Positions 22,973 to 32,647 of a stretch of 64,000 nucleotides of DNA are shown in pieces (the stretch's first letter is position 1; each line of letters begins with the position of its first letter). The stretch is taken from positions 128,001 through 192,000 of the forward strand of contig JAWBTQ010000001.1 of assembly GCA_038841535.1 (NCBI GenBank), in the 5' to 3' direction. The position numbers and the translations under genes were made by a program. The notes below the pieces were generated by a model, which made no database searches, was not told the origin of the DNA, and was given only the letters and a program-made list of their open reading frames with translations. The DNA comes from Sulfolobales archaeon. Its GTDB lineage: Archaea; Thermoproteota; Thermoprotei_A; Sulfolobales; NBVN01.

Positions 22973-24920
22973 AGGGTACGCTGGCAGAATACTCTACATA
23001 GATCTGAGTAAGCGTAAGTACGTATCCGAGCCTCTAAGAGAGGATACAGCAAAAGGTTATCTAGGTGGTAGTGGTTTAGCAGCCTACTTACTGTGGAATT
23101 TGGTAAACGAGAACACGCACCCACTATCTCCGGAAAACGCATTAGTAATAGCTACCGGTCCAGCAACAGGGGCTCTCGCACCTTCGTCAGGGAGGTTTAT
23201 GGTGGCATCGAAATCACCTCTAACAGGGGTTTGGGGTGAGAGCCACGCGGGAGGTAGCTTCGGGCCTCAGATAAAGTACGCTGGGTATGACGCAATAGTA
23301 ATTATGGGGAAGTCCACTAGACCTGTTTCAATAATAATAGACGACGACTCGGTGGTCTTCTACGACTCGTCAGGTATTTGGGGCGCGAACACGCGTGATT
23401 CAACTAACCACATTAGAGACGTGTTTGGAAAAGACTTCCACGTTATGACTATTGGGCAAGCTGGTGAGAATCTAGTGAAGTTCTCCTCGATCATGGTTGA
23501 CTACTACAGAGCTTTGGGTAGAACTGGTATGGGGGCTGTCATGGGGTCGAAGTACTTGAAGGCTGTAGCCGTAAGAGGTTCTAAACCTGTGGAGGTCCAT
23601 GATCCCGACAAATACGTGGAGATCATGGAGGAGTTCTTGAGAATAAATACTGAGGGTAGGTGGGCTCTTCCAGCACAGCTAAGCTTGGGCAAGTACGGTA
23701 CGCCATCCCTAGTAACCGTTATAAACGCTATAGGGAGGCTTCCAACAAAAAACCACTGGACTGGGTATTGGGAGCATGCTGATAGAATAGGTGGTGATGA
23801 ACTCCTCAAGTATAGGGTTTCGAGAGGTTCCTGCTTTTCGTGCATGATTATGTGTAAACATATGACTAGTGTAGATGATGGAGTATACGAAGGGTCTATA
23901 TCTGGGGGACCAGAATACGAAACCGTGGTAGCTCTCGGATCAAATCTGTTGATAGACGACATTAAGGCAATAATACACATGAACATGCTCTGCAATCTAT
24001 ACGGACTTGATACTATTTCTGCTGGAAAGGTGATTTCGTTCGTCTTTGAGATTTATGAGAAAGGCCTGATTTCCGATAGCGACCTAGGGGGCATCAAGCC
24101 CCTCTGGGGAAGTCAGAACGCGGCAATAGAGCTAATAAAGGTGATAACCTTTAGGCAGGGGATCGGGAATCTCTTAGCTGAAGGTGTAGTTAAAGCTGCT
24201 AAGGCTATGGGTAAAGGTGCTGAATACTATGCTCTTCATGTAAAGGGACTGGAGGTCTCAGCTCAGGATCCGAGAGCACAGAAGTCTGTTGGGTGTACGT
24301 GGGCTGTATCCGTGCGTGGTGCTGACCACCTAAGGTCTCTCACTACTGTAGACGAGTTAGGGTATCGAGACATAGCTGCCGAAAGGTTTGGTTTAGATAA
24401 AGTTGAGGAAGTGTGCGATAGGCTTACAGAAAAGCATAAAGGTCTCATAGTAAAGGACCAAGAAGACCTATTCGCAGTTGTTGATTCAGTTATTATGTGT
24501 AAATACGGCACCATGTGGCCACCTATGTACTACTTCGACTTCATAGCGAGACTCCTGAAACCTTTGACAGGAGTTAAGGAATTCGGCGAAGTTAAATACT
24601 TGAGAATCCTCGGGGAGCGGATAGCTAACCTCAAGAGGTGCTTTAACCTGAGAGAAGGTGTTAGCAAGGAGTCTGAAGTCCTTCCGGCGAGGTTTACGCA
24701 GGAGCCGATGCCTACAGGACCTTCAAAGGGTTACACATGCGACTTAGAGCCCATGCTGAGGGAATACTACCAAAACAGGGGATGGGATTACGAGAGCGGT
24801 TTACCGTACGAAGAAACTCTTGAGGGCTTAGGGCTAGAATATGTTGCTAAGGAGCTAAGTAAGAGATTGAAACTGCCTAGGCGAGACTATGGTGTTACTC
24901 AGGTTACACGGCGTCCTTAA
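22962..24920 (+). CDS. aor: Tungsten-dependent aldehyde:ferredoxin oxidoreductase family protein
   Basis: KSPLTG, GRTGMGAVMGSK, CFSCMIMC, PEYET, CNLYGLDTIS, RGADH. Confidence 0.93.
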   Translation: MYLKGYAGRILYIDLSKRKYVSEPLREDTAKGYLGGSGLAAYLLWNLVNENTHPLSPENALVIATGPATGALAPSSGRFMVASKSPLTGVWGESHAGGSFGPQIKYAGYDAIVIMGKSTRPVSIIIDDDSVVFYDSSGIWGANTRDSTNHIRDVFGKDFHVMTIGQAGENLVKFSSIMVDYYRALGRTGMGAVMGSKYLKAVAVRGSKPVEVHDPDKYVEIMEEFLRINTEGRWALPAQLSLGKYGTPSLVTVINAIGRLPTKNHWTGYWEHADRIGGDELLKYRVSRGSCFSCMIMCKHMTSVDDGVYEGSISGGPEYETVVALGSNLLIDDIKAIIHMNMLCNLYGLDTISAGKVISFVFEIYEKGLISDSDLGGIKPLWGSQNAAIELIKVITFRQGIGNLLAEGVVKAAKAMGKGAEYYALHVKGLEVSAQDPRAQKSVGCTWAVSVRGADHLRSLTTVDELGYRDIAAERFGLDKVEEVCDRLTEKHKGLIVKDQEDLFAVVDSVIMCKYGTMWPPMYYFDFIARLLKPLTGVKEFGEVKYLRILGERIANLKRCFNLREGVSKESEVLPARFTQEPMPTGPSKGYTCDLEPMLREYYQNRGWDYESGLPYEETLEGLGLEYVAKELSKRLKLPRRDYGVTQVTRRP

Positions 24921-25131
24921 AGAAGAGTCTGGAGTAAGTCTGATCGCCGTTAGAGGGAATAATCTAGAGGAGGTCCTATCAAGCCTACCAGAGGAAATAA
25001 AGAAGCCCATAGAGAAATACAGGAAGTACATCATTATACTAGTTAACGGAAGGAGAGTTTACGGATGCCGAGAAACTTCCTTAAGCGAGGAAGACGTAGT
25101 AGACTTAACTCTAGTCGTTGGAGGTGGGTGA
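24889..25131 (+). CDS. MoaD/ThiS ubiquitin-like sulfur carrier
   Basis: ILVNG and C-terminal GGG; downstream of aor. Confidence 0.88.
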   Translation: MVLLRLHGVLKEESGVSLIAVRGNNLEEVLSSLPEEIKKPIEKYRKYIIILVNGRRVYGCRETSLSEEDVVDLTLVVGGG

Positions 25132-25169
25132 GTACTAACTAGAGAACTATTCTTAGGTCATTCCCCCAC

Positions 25170-25400
25170 TTAGTAAAACCTTAAACTCAAGTTAGTAGAT
25201 TCAGTGCCTTGGAACAAAATAAAGGAGGACTCAAAGTGCATCGAGGATAGTAGTGCCCGAGCCTCCCTATAGCGCCACAGGACCCAGCTTCTCTGATAAG
25301 CAACCACCATTTCAGCAAGAAGGTCTAACATTGAAGAAAATGCAGCGTACTCCCCCATAACTTGAAGTACCGCTCTATCTGTAGCCTAACGCAACTGTTT
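25170..25400 (-). pseudogene. Possible degraded membrane transporter (MFS-like) fragment
   Basis: Frame-broken hydrophobic remnants (GEYAAFSSMLDLL / SEKLGPVAL); weak. Confidence 0.25.
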
Positions 25401-25529
25401 CGAGTTTCATATCTTTTCATATTGATTGATGTAGATTGAAACTTTTGTGAATGTCTCTAGCGCTCCATATGCTGAAGCGGTCTCGATGAGGGATCGAGAG
25501 CCCTGTAGATCGACTCTCCCCGAGTCACT

Positions 25530-25660
25530 CAAGATGTGGGGCGACCGAGGTCGCCCGAACATCCCCAACCCCGATGAATCCCCGAGCGGGATACGGGAGA
25601 ACAAAGACGAGACAATGAAACCAACCAATACAAACTAGCACAGGAGCTGAAACCCTATAT
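25530..25660 (+). mobile_element. tnpB 3'-end/omegaRNA remnant (copy 1 of 3)
   Basis: CAAGATGTGGGG..CCCCAA..CGATGAA..CCCGAGCGG.AT.CGGG..AGCAC..GAGCT is collinear with 45684-45798. Confidence 0.75.
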
Positions 25661-25769
25661 AGTAACTTTAGAAGCTATACCGCAGGAGATCGGAAGATAT
25701 AGGTTTGAAGTCTACGAACTACTGACTGCAGGGAATGGTATGCTTAGAACAGTACTGGAATCTCTATCA

Positions 25770-26495
25770 TTACTTCTGGCTGCTTTCGATAGCCTTTGGT
25801 GAGTACCTTACGTACTTTAAGCCGTGGTCTCCTAAGTACTTAAGTGTAATACTGCTGATGTCTGGTGCTACGAGAACGCCGTATACATCCAGCCCCAACC
25901 GCTTATAGTACTCAACGTAGCGCTGCAGTTGCTGCGCTGCTTCTATATCCGCTCTCGCTCTCTTGATTTCGACGACTACCAACCTGCCGGAGGAATCTCT
26001 TAGCATGATATCGACTCTTCCATATGGAGTGCTAACCTCGCGAGCTATGAGAGTGGAACCGCCTATTATTTGCGATGGATTCCTTGCTAGTTCTTCGATT
26101 ATGTCTTCCTCCTTCCCGTATAGGGTTAGCCCCTCATCACCTAGCTCAGTAACTATCACTAGAGAGCTCCCCATAACTCTTATGACCAGCTCCTCTTTAG
26201 GGCTGACCCGAACCGCCCTTAGCTCCACTTCAGACTCGTTTACCTGTTTAGTTATTAGTGACGACCTCGGTTGCCAATTCAGTGGGTTGCTACCTACCGA
26301 CCCGTGAACTAACACTGTCCCATCCTGCTTTATGATTATGAGTCTCGTAGATTCCCTAGCGATGCTAGACGCTCTTCCGCTATAGCTTACTGAGCACCTT
26401 GAAACCATAACAATAGTTGCTCTTCTAAACCATCTATTTACGAGCTCAACAAGTTCTGCTGGCTTTACTATCCCACTCGATATGATCTCCTTCAA
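25770..26495 (-). CDS. nucS: Endonuclease NucS/EndoMS
   Basis: IIIKQDGTVLVH, PLNWQP, GRVDI..VVVEIKR, QLQRY. Confidence 0.93.
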   Translation of the reverse strand: MKEIISSGIVKPAELVELVNRWFRRATIVMVSRCSVSYSGRASSIARESTRLIIIKQDGTVLVHGSVGSNPLNWQPRSSLITKQVNESEVELRAVRVSPKEELVIRVMGSSLVIVTELGDEGLTLYGKEEDIIEELARNPSQIIGGSTLIAREVSTPYGRVDIMLRDSSGRLVVVEIKRARADIEAAQQLQRYVEYYKRLGLDVYGVLVAPDISSITLKYLGDHGLKYVRYSPKAIESSQK

Positions 26496-26524
26496 GTATG
26501 ATCCCAGCTAGAAGTATGCTGAGT

Positions 26525-27505
26525 CTAGCTGCTGTGACTAAGCACCTTACTGACTATGCTACTCGCAACTCTAGCTAGAGATTCTTTTCCTATCGTAATC
26601 GACGAGGCTTCCGCGTGTCCCCCATAGACACCTTTCAAGGAGCTTGCTATAGCTTGAGAAAGCACTAGAGCATCTCTATGGGCTGATCTAACTGTAATAA
26701 CTATCTTCTCTTGTTCCTCCCTAACTAATACAACACTCTTTCTGTAAGCCTTAGACAGCTCTGTAGCCGCTACACCTATTAGTCCTGCGAAAGCTCTCGA
26801 CAGCGGTAAGCTAAGGAAGGCTACTTTAGCCTTTCCCGCATCTAAGGAATCTTCGGAAATTATCTTTAGTAGGTTTCCAAGTAAGAACTTGGCCCTCCTA
26901 GCTCTCATCTTCACTAGAGAGTCTTGAGACAGGTTCTTGGACTTCATCATCAAGTCAATGAGGTGCCTCATGAAGTTGAGATCACCCGGGTTTAGCGCTA
27001 TCGACATTCTGATAGAGTCCACTAAATCAAGTACTGACCCATCGATATCGGGGTGGGGTGTCTTACCTTCACAGATATCTGCTACCTCAACTAGCATGTC
27101 TTCGTAAGGATTGAGTGGAGATCCCATCAATTGCGTGAGTAATCGAGGAGTAGAACTAACCTTTGAGTATACAACCTTAATTTTAGTCTCTATTTTTGGT
27201 ATCATAGACTCCGACGTCGCGTGGTGATCGATGAACACAACTTTTTTATATTTAGAGCTAACAGCCCCGAGCACCTCGATTAGCTTATCGCTAAGAGCTA
27301 TGTCGATAATCACCAACTCACTCCCGCCAGTCGCAACTCTCTTAATGTCAGTATGAGCTCTCCACGGGTGCGTAACGGCGAGGTTTAAACCACTAGGATA
27401 CAGGTCCCGAAAATACCTCTTTATGTATAAATAAGCAGCTATAATCCCATCGCAGTCCCCGTGAAACACCACTGAGACGCTCAGCACACACCACCTCCTA
27501 CCCAA
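26525..27505 (-). CDS. DHH/DHHA1 family phosphoesterase
   Basis: FHGDCDG, IIDI, IDHH, C-terminal GGH. Confidence 0.85.
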   Translation of the reverse strand: MGRRWCVLSVSVVFHGDCDGIIAAYLYIKRYFRDLYPSGLNLAVTHPWRAHTDIKRVATGGSELVIIDIALSDKLIEVLGAVSSKYKKVVFIDHHATSESMIPKIETKIKVVYSKVSSTPRLLTQLMGSPLNPYEDMLVEVADICEGKTPHPDIDGSVLDLVDSIRMSIALNPGDLNFMRHLIDLMMKSKNLSQDSLVKMRARRAKFLLGNLLKIISEDSLDAGKAKVAFLSLPLSRAFAGLIGVAATELSKAYRKSVVLVREEQEKIVITVRSAHRDALVLSQAIASSLKGVYGGHAEASSITIGKESLARVASSIVSKVLSHSS

Positions 27506-27683
27506 ATAAAAACCTAGCTATCGGTAAAATCCTTTACTCGAATACCTTACTAAATCTTCTCCAAGAAGAGGGGAAGACTTTCAGCTATAGATAGCGAGGA
27601 GTACGCTTCCGCATGTAGTAGCTATATACGGCAGGAAATAGTGTCTGAATTAACTACTCTAACTATCGTGAGCTTATACCAGG

Positions 27684-28436
27684 TTACTGAGATGGTGAGA
27701 AGTCCCCTTTTTTGTGAGCTTTGCTACATATTGCGTAAGAAGTTTTGAGAAACTTATATAAAACTCTGCACTCAGCTTTAGTAAGTAGGGCTTTGTTTAC
27801 GATATGCTTAAGAGCTGAGACCTCATTTTGATCTAATCCATAAGCTAATCCGAGCTTCTCTACGTACTTAATAACTATTCCCATGTAGTCTCCCACACAT
27901 CTCTCACCTACGACTAACTCCCCAACTTCCCTCCCGGCCAGTTCATAGAGATAGATTGCTACAGCGTGAGATAGATTCAGTACGTTGTAATCAGATGTAG
28001 TCACTAATGTAGAGACTAGAGAGCATAGGGCAAGCTCGGACCTCGTTAGTCCCACACTCTCGCGCCCAAAAACTAAGGCTATCTTAGAGCCACGTGGAAG
28101 AAGTAGAGGTATCGCACGGGGGGCTACAGCCTGCCTTAGAGGGTCCTCAGAAGCACCAGCTATAGACGTTGTGCACACCGAGAATTCCACACCATCGAGA
28201 CACTTAATGAAGGTATCGACTACTCTAACTTTCTCTAGCAGAACCGCGCCACCAGCAGCAAAATCGATTACTTCTTTGTCTCCTATGTCGAACTTAGGGT
28301 TTACAACACAAATGTCATCTATACCGAAGTTCCTGGATAACCTCAGAATTTGGCCGAAATTCATCCTTCCTTCAGGTTCAACTAAAACTAGCCTAATTCT
28401 CAGAGACAAAGCTACACCTACCCAGTCACTTTTCAC
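27684..28436 (-). CDS. trmJ: SPOUT tRNA methyltransferase, TrmJ family
   Basis: LVLVEPE..NFGQILR, LVFGRESVGL, YNVLNLSHAV. Confidence 0.88.
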   Translation of the reverse strand: MKSDWVGVALSLRIRLVLVEPEGRMNFGQILRLSRNFGIDDICVVNPKFDIGDKEVIDFAAGGAVLLEKVRVVDTFIKCLDGVEFSVCTTSIAGASEDPLRQAVAPRAIPLLLPRGSKIALVFGRESVGLTRSELALCSLVSTLVTTSDYNVLNLSHAVAIYLYELAGREVGELVVGERCVGDYMGIVIKYVEKLGLAYGLDQNEVSALKHIVNKALLTKAECRVLYKFLKTSYAICSKAHKKGDFSPSQ

Positions 28437-29085
28437 TGTAGAGCTTACTTAAGTAATCTAGGTATACGGCCGCAGATACACCCTTAGGTGGGTGCACGAA
28501 CAAGTAGTATCTTTCAGCACCTCTCAATTCACTTATCACTCTCTCTGTTAGTGCCTTCAAGGGGTCAAACCCCTTGACCCTATTCTTGATGTCATTAAAG
28601 TCTTTAAACTCTCCACGAGCTCTCTCGTCGAGCACGACCCACAAAGTTTTCTTTCCTATTCCAGGTACCAGCTCTAACGTGTGGAACTTTATAGTTAGTG
28701 GTGGTGCTATATTGAAGAACTTTGTGAACTCTCTTTCCATCTCTAGAATAAGTCTCTGAACCGCCAAGGGCAGATTGGACTTAGCTATAGCGGTTAAGTC
28801 GTCGTAGGCTACGGGCTCACCCCATACGTAAGCAACTTTATCTCTAAGCTCTCTCCTCGAGAAGCCTATGTAGACCCGCTCCTCAATAGCAACGTTAGCT
28901 CCAGGTTTGGGATGAAATTCGACTAATGTGAAGTATCTGCATCCAAGTGCTTGAGCTATTGGGCGGTCTCGATGAGAGGGGTGATGTAAGTCTGCTGGGT
29001 TACCCCTAGGCAAGAAGTCGAGAACTAGTGCGTACTCCTCTCTACTTACAAGTCTTAGCCAGTAATCTCTCTCTTTAGAACTCAT
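28426..29085 (-). CDS. DUF655 RNA-binding (HhH) protein
   Basis: EEYALVLDFLPRG, AQALG..FTLVE, HTLELVPGIGKK; conserved position after rpo4. Confidence 0.9.
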   Translation of the reverse strand: MSSKERDYWLRLVSREEYALVLDFLPRGNPADLHHPSHRDRPIAQALGCRYFTLVEFHPKPGANVAIEERVYIGFSRRELRDKVAYVWGEPVAYDDLTAIAKSNLPLAVQRLILEMEREFTKFFNIAPPLTIKFHTLELVPGIGKKTLWVVLDERARGEFKDFNDIKNRVKGFDPLKALTERVISELRGAERYYLFVHPPKGVSAAVYLDYLSKLYSEK

Positions 29086-29107
29086 GCTATCACTTATTCA
29101 CTAACAG

Positions 29108-29440
29108 CTAGGAATCCCTATAGCAGTACTTAGATACTAAGTCCACGATCTTCGAGATCACTTCATTATCGATGTTCGAGGACTCGAAGTTTAGTAGTAT
29201 CTTAACCTCGTCCTGGTTTTTCGGTGTTACATCCACTATCATGGAAGCTGTTAAGTCGTTAAGACCTAACCTAATAAGCTCCTCGTAGAGCTCCCCAGGA
29301 CTACTGCACTTACTCAAGACCTCGGCCAGCTCCATAGTTCTCTTAGCTAACCCCTTCACTATCAGCCCTTTTCTCTCGCACTCCACAAGCTTCTTGAGCG
29401 CTATAGCTAGAGGTATGCTCTTAACCTCTAGTATCCTCAT
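29108..29440 (-). CDS. rpo4: RNA polymerase subunit Rpo4 (RpoF)
   Basis: Position between rpl21e and DUF655; IVDVTPKNQDEV HRDC-like motif. Confidence 0.82.
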   Translation of the reverse strand: MRILEVKSIPLAIALKKLVECERKGLIVKGLAKRTMELAEVLSKCSSPGELYEELIRLGLNDLTASMIVDVTPKNQDEVKILLNFESSNIDNEVISKIVDLVSKYCYRDS

Positions 29441-29451
29441 GACGTTTTTCC

Positions 29452-29757
29452 CTAGCTACCTCCTTGAGCAGGTATTAAGTGCTCTGGAACTGTTATAATT
29501 ACCTTCTTCTTACTGCCTACTAGGAGCTCCACTAAGTATGCCCTACCCCTCTTGCCAACTACAATTCCAGTCTTACCTATGTACCTTCTGTGAGGGAGAG
29601 CCTCGTGAATAGCTGGATTTGGTGCTATGTGGACTCTATCTCCCGCTCTATACTCCTGCATGACTAAGCTGAGCCTTGGTATGGCTCCCCTCTCTCTCAC
29701 GTTCTTTCTAAGAAGCTTTCGGGTCCTGTGCCTCAAGCCTTGAGATGCCTTTACCAC
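29452..29757 (-). CDS. rpl21e: 50S ribosomal protein L21e
   Basis: GLRHRTRKLL, PHRRYIGKTG, PEHL. Confidence 0.97.
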   Translation of the reverse strand: MVKASQGLRHRTRKLLRKNVRERGAIPRLSLVMQEYRAGDRVHIAPNPAIHEALPHRRYIGKTGIVVGKRGRAYLVELLVGSKKKVIITVPEHLIPAQGGS

Positions 29758-29812
29758 TTCAGTACCACCTAACCAAGCATTGCTGCGTTAAACTTAAATA
29801 TCCTTTCTTTCC

Positions 29813-30295
29813 CTACCTACGCCTGCGCCCCCTACCTCCTGCTGTCATAATGTTAAGTAAGTTGTCCTCAGAGAGAACTCTCTGCTTTACTTCTTCAACG
29901 ACCTTTGTAAGCTCATCTAACACCTGCTTCTGACTATCAGTAAGTTTATCCAGTAGTTCCTTACCTAGTGAGGTAAGTCTCAGCTTTCTACCCTCAGTAA
30001 CCTCGAGAAGACCTAAGTAAAGGAGAATTCTAACGTCTTCAAGTAGCTCTCTACTATTGACTGCTGTGCCAATTACTTGAAATGGGTAACCCAGGTCTTT
30101 ATCCTTCTCAGTTTTTAGAACGTAGAGACAACTTATCAAACCCCGCTCACTGATTTCCCCCAAACTCCTGACGACACCAAGCACACTAACCTTCCTGCTA
30201 TCCTTCATAGCATCATCTACTGTAACAACCGGTCTAGCCACTATCTTTAACTCCTTCGACACCGTCTTTTCAGCCTTTTGAGACACCCTAAACAC
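29813..30295 (-). CDS. Winged-helix hypothetical protein with basic tail
   Basis: SRELLEDVRILLYLGLLE...LRLTSLGKE wHTH pattern; C-terminal RGRRRR. Confidence 0.7.
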   Translation of the reverse strand: MFRVSQKAEKTVSKELKIVARPVVTVDDAMKDSRKVSVLGVVRSLGEISERGLISCLYVLKTEKDKDLGYPFQVIGTAVNSRELLEDVRILLYLGLLEVTEGRKLRLTSLGKELLDKLTDSQKQVLDELTKVVEEVKQRVLSEDNLLNIMTAGGRGRRRR

Positions 30296-30564
30296 CTAGA
30301 GTTATGGTTGTCGAAAAATATTAAGCTTTATAGCATTTCCCGTCTCGATCATCTAGACTTCCACGACCGGTTGTACCTCTCCTACATCCCGCAGTAGCTA
30401 CTAGCTGGCTTGGTTACGGTATCTAGTCGAACTTCACGCAGAATTAATAGTGGCAGCTAGCTGAGTGAACTAGTACATGAGCAACGGTAGAGAATGCACA
30501 AATATTCGAAAACATCATTGGTGGGGGAAAAACACGAGAAACTCTGTGAATAGGTGACGAGAGA

Positions 30565-31248
30565 GTGGTAGAGGCTCTCGTAATGTTCATGGACTTAGAC
30601 GGCACTCTAGCCGTAAGCCCTATATCGAGCGTCATTAAAGAGGCCTATAACTATCTTGCTCTCCACTCAGGTATTAGTGTAAGCGAGATCGAGTCCTACT
30701 CTTGGAGGACGCACATAGAGCTTATAAAGAGATCTGACCCACTAGCTTTCGACTGGGACTACATCTACAGAGAAGTCTCAAAATTTTTTGGTGTAAGCCC
30801 GGGCTACAGCGTCGAGAAAAGGCTCCAGGAATTGTGCTACCTCTCGAAGCTACTGGATAACGCACACGAGGTTTTGGCAGGGCTTGCTCGATCTGTGGAT
30901 ACCCTCATCTTAGCTACTAACGGTCTGATTAAGTACCAAAGATGTGTTATCGAGACTCTAGGACTGGACAAGTACTTTGGATCCATATTCACACCGGACA
31001 CTAGGGGGTGCCTAAAGAACTGTGAGAGGTTCTACGCTGTTTCTACAGAGCACGGCCGCAGGATTGTGGTAGGAGATAACTACACCTTCGATGTCTACTA
31101 CCCCAAGAGGTTCGGCTTGAAAGCGGTGTACGTATTGAGGTCAGGGTCTGATCCGTACCTTAAATGGCTTGGAATTGAGAGAGTGTACGAACCGGACGCT
31201 ATCATAAATAACCTGAAGCACGTACCATTAACTCTTTTAAAGCTGTAA
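30565..31248 (+). CDS. HAD-superfamily hydrolase
   Basis: DLDGTL, ATNG, K, VGDNYTFD motifs. Confidence 0.9.
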   Translation: MVEALVMFMDLDGTLAVSPISSVIKEAYNYLALHSGISVSEIESYSWRTHIELIKRSDPLAFDWDYIYREVSKFFGVSPGYSVEKRLQELCYLSKLLDNAHEVLAGLARSVDTLILATNGLIKYQRCVIETLGLDKYFGSIFTPDTRGCLKNCERFYAVSTEHGRRIVVGDNYTFDVYYPKRFGLKAVYVLRSGSDPYLKWLGIERVYEPDAIINNLKHVPLTLLKL

Positions 31249-31962
31249 AATATCCCATAAACACAGAGGAACGTCTGGGTTACTGAGGAATACTTCTCCA
31301 CTACTGTTCATGTAGATAGAAATGCTTTTTACTATAACCCCTCTCTCCATGGCCTTATCGAGGAGCCTGGACACTTCTTTATCTCCTTCTTCATTTGGTC
31401 TAAAGCACTTAACGGAGCACATAGCCGATATAAAAACTAAGTAAGCAACCATTCCGCTAGATGCTAACTCCGCTAGCACCACTAGGTGCCTTCTTCCTCT
31501 ACTCGTTTCGCAATCGGGATACATGGCCTCACCCCTCGGCCCTCTCATGACTGCGCTCTTGGTTTCAACAAAGACAACTTTATTACCGCACCTGAGTAAG
31601 TAGTCTAGCTTACTCTTGCCTACTGACGGAGACCGCTTTACAATCGAGCAGTCCCTGAAGTACGGTAGCAAACCTAGCTTGATAGACTCTTCAAACGCTC
31701 TCGCTTGAGTGCGCACGTCTACCACGTTAAAGCAGTCTTCTGCGACGTCTTCGACTCCAATTAGTCTATACCTCATCCTACTCTCGATGTGAGAGAGTAA
31801 GACCCTCTTACCAGGTGTTAAAACGTCTATCAGCCTACCAGTATTCGTGTTGTGAGCTAAAACTACGTCGCTACCTATTTTCACTCTAACGACAAATCTC
31901 CCGGTTCTCTCAAGTAGAACCCCTATGTATGTAGGATCTATTTTAAAGAGCTTCTGCTCCAT
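31237..31962 (-). CDS. sfsA: DNA/RNA nuclease SfsA
   Basis: RF...HNTNTGRL, LDY..FVETKS, YPD..TSRGRRHL..L. Confidence 0.92.
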   Translation of the reverse strand: MEQKLFKIDPTYIGVLLERTGRFVVRVKIGSDVVLAHNTNTGRLIDVLTPGKRVLLSHIESRMRYRLIGVEDVAEDCFNVVDVRTQARAFEESIKLGLLPYFRDCSIVKRSPSVGKSKLDYLLRCGNKVVFVETKSAVMRGPRGEAMYPDCETSRGRRHLVVLAELASSGMVAYLVFISAMCSVKCFRPNEEGDKEVSRLLDKAMERGVIVKSISIYMNSSGEVFLSNPDVPLCLWDILQL

Positions 31963-32002
31963 CTCTAGCCACTCAGAAATAGCTCCTGAGGTTAGCCGTA
32001 GA

Positions 32003-32641
32003 TCATGCTTCTACCTTATTAGGGCACATCACAGAATATGCACAATATACACACTCCCAGCTGTACCTTGGGGCCTTCTTGGATGTAATCCTACTCACTA
32101 CTTCGGTATCGTCCATTCTGTCCTCAACATAGAACTGCGCAATCCTAGCAGGGGTAACGTAGAGTAGTACTGCTCCACTAGAGTCTGTCAGCCAGTTGTA
32201 CGCCCTGACTTGGTCTATGTGATGTTTTTGAGGTATATTCCTATCAGACCGCAAAGTTTTGACCTCTATAGCTACCCTCTCTTGTTCTCGGCTAAGAACT
32301 ACGTCAAGCCTCCCCTTAACATAAACTACTGAACTATCCTCTAGTACAACATCTTTGAATACTTCCACTTCGGTCTCGACAGTATAACCCCGAGTTTGAA
32401 TCAGCTCCTTCAATAAACTCTCTAGACCTCGGTGAAGTAGAGTACCGATTATAAGACTGGGCTTGAAGACCTCCTGAAGCGAGAGCTCGGGATACCTCTC
32501 CTCGAACACTATCTTGAGAGGGCACCTAACTAAGTCAGTAACCCAGAAAACTCCTTTCTCTCTCTTATGCTTTTCTCTTTCAGCCTTAGTGTACGAGTAC
32601 ATGAGTTGTACGACATCTACTGAGGAGTAACTCATCGACAT
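32003..32641 (-). CDS. cas4: Stand-alone Cas4 family nuclease
   Basis: Fe-S ligands (RCPLK; WECVYC..MCP), GTLLH, RecB motifs GRLD / IEVK, QVRAY. Confidence 0.9.
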   Translation of the reverse strand: MSMSYSSVDVVQLMYSYTKAEREKHKREKGVFWVTDLVRCPLKIVFEERYPELSLQEVFKPSLIIGTLLHRGLESLLKELIQTRGYTVETEVEVFKDVVLEDSSVVYVKGRLDVVLSREQERVAIEVKTLRSDRNIPQKHHIDQVRAYNWLTDSSGAVLLYVTPARIAQFYVEDRMDDTEVVSRITSKKAPRYSWECVYCAYSVMCPNKVEA

Positions 32642-32647
32642 ACTCCT

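Noticed and set aside
25407-25638. Short ORFs on both strands (similarly 45502-45878 and 51732-52025)
   Set aside because: Shadows of tnpB 3'-end remnants, not independent genes
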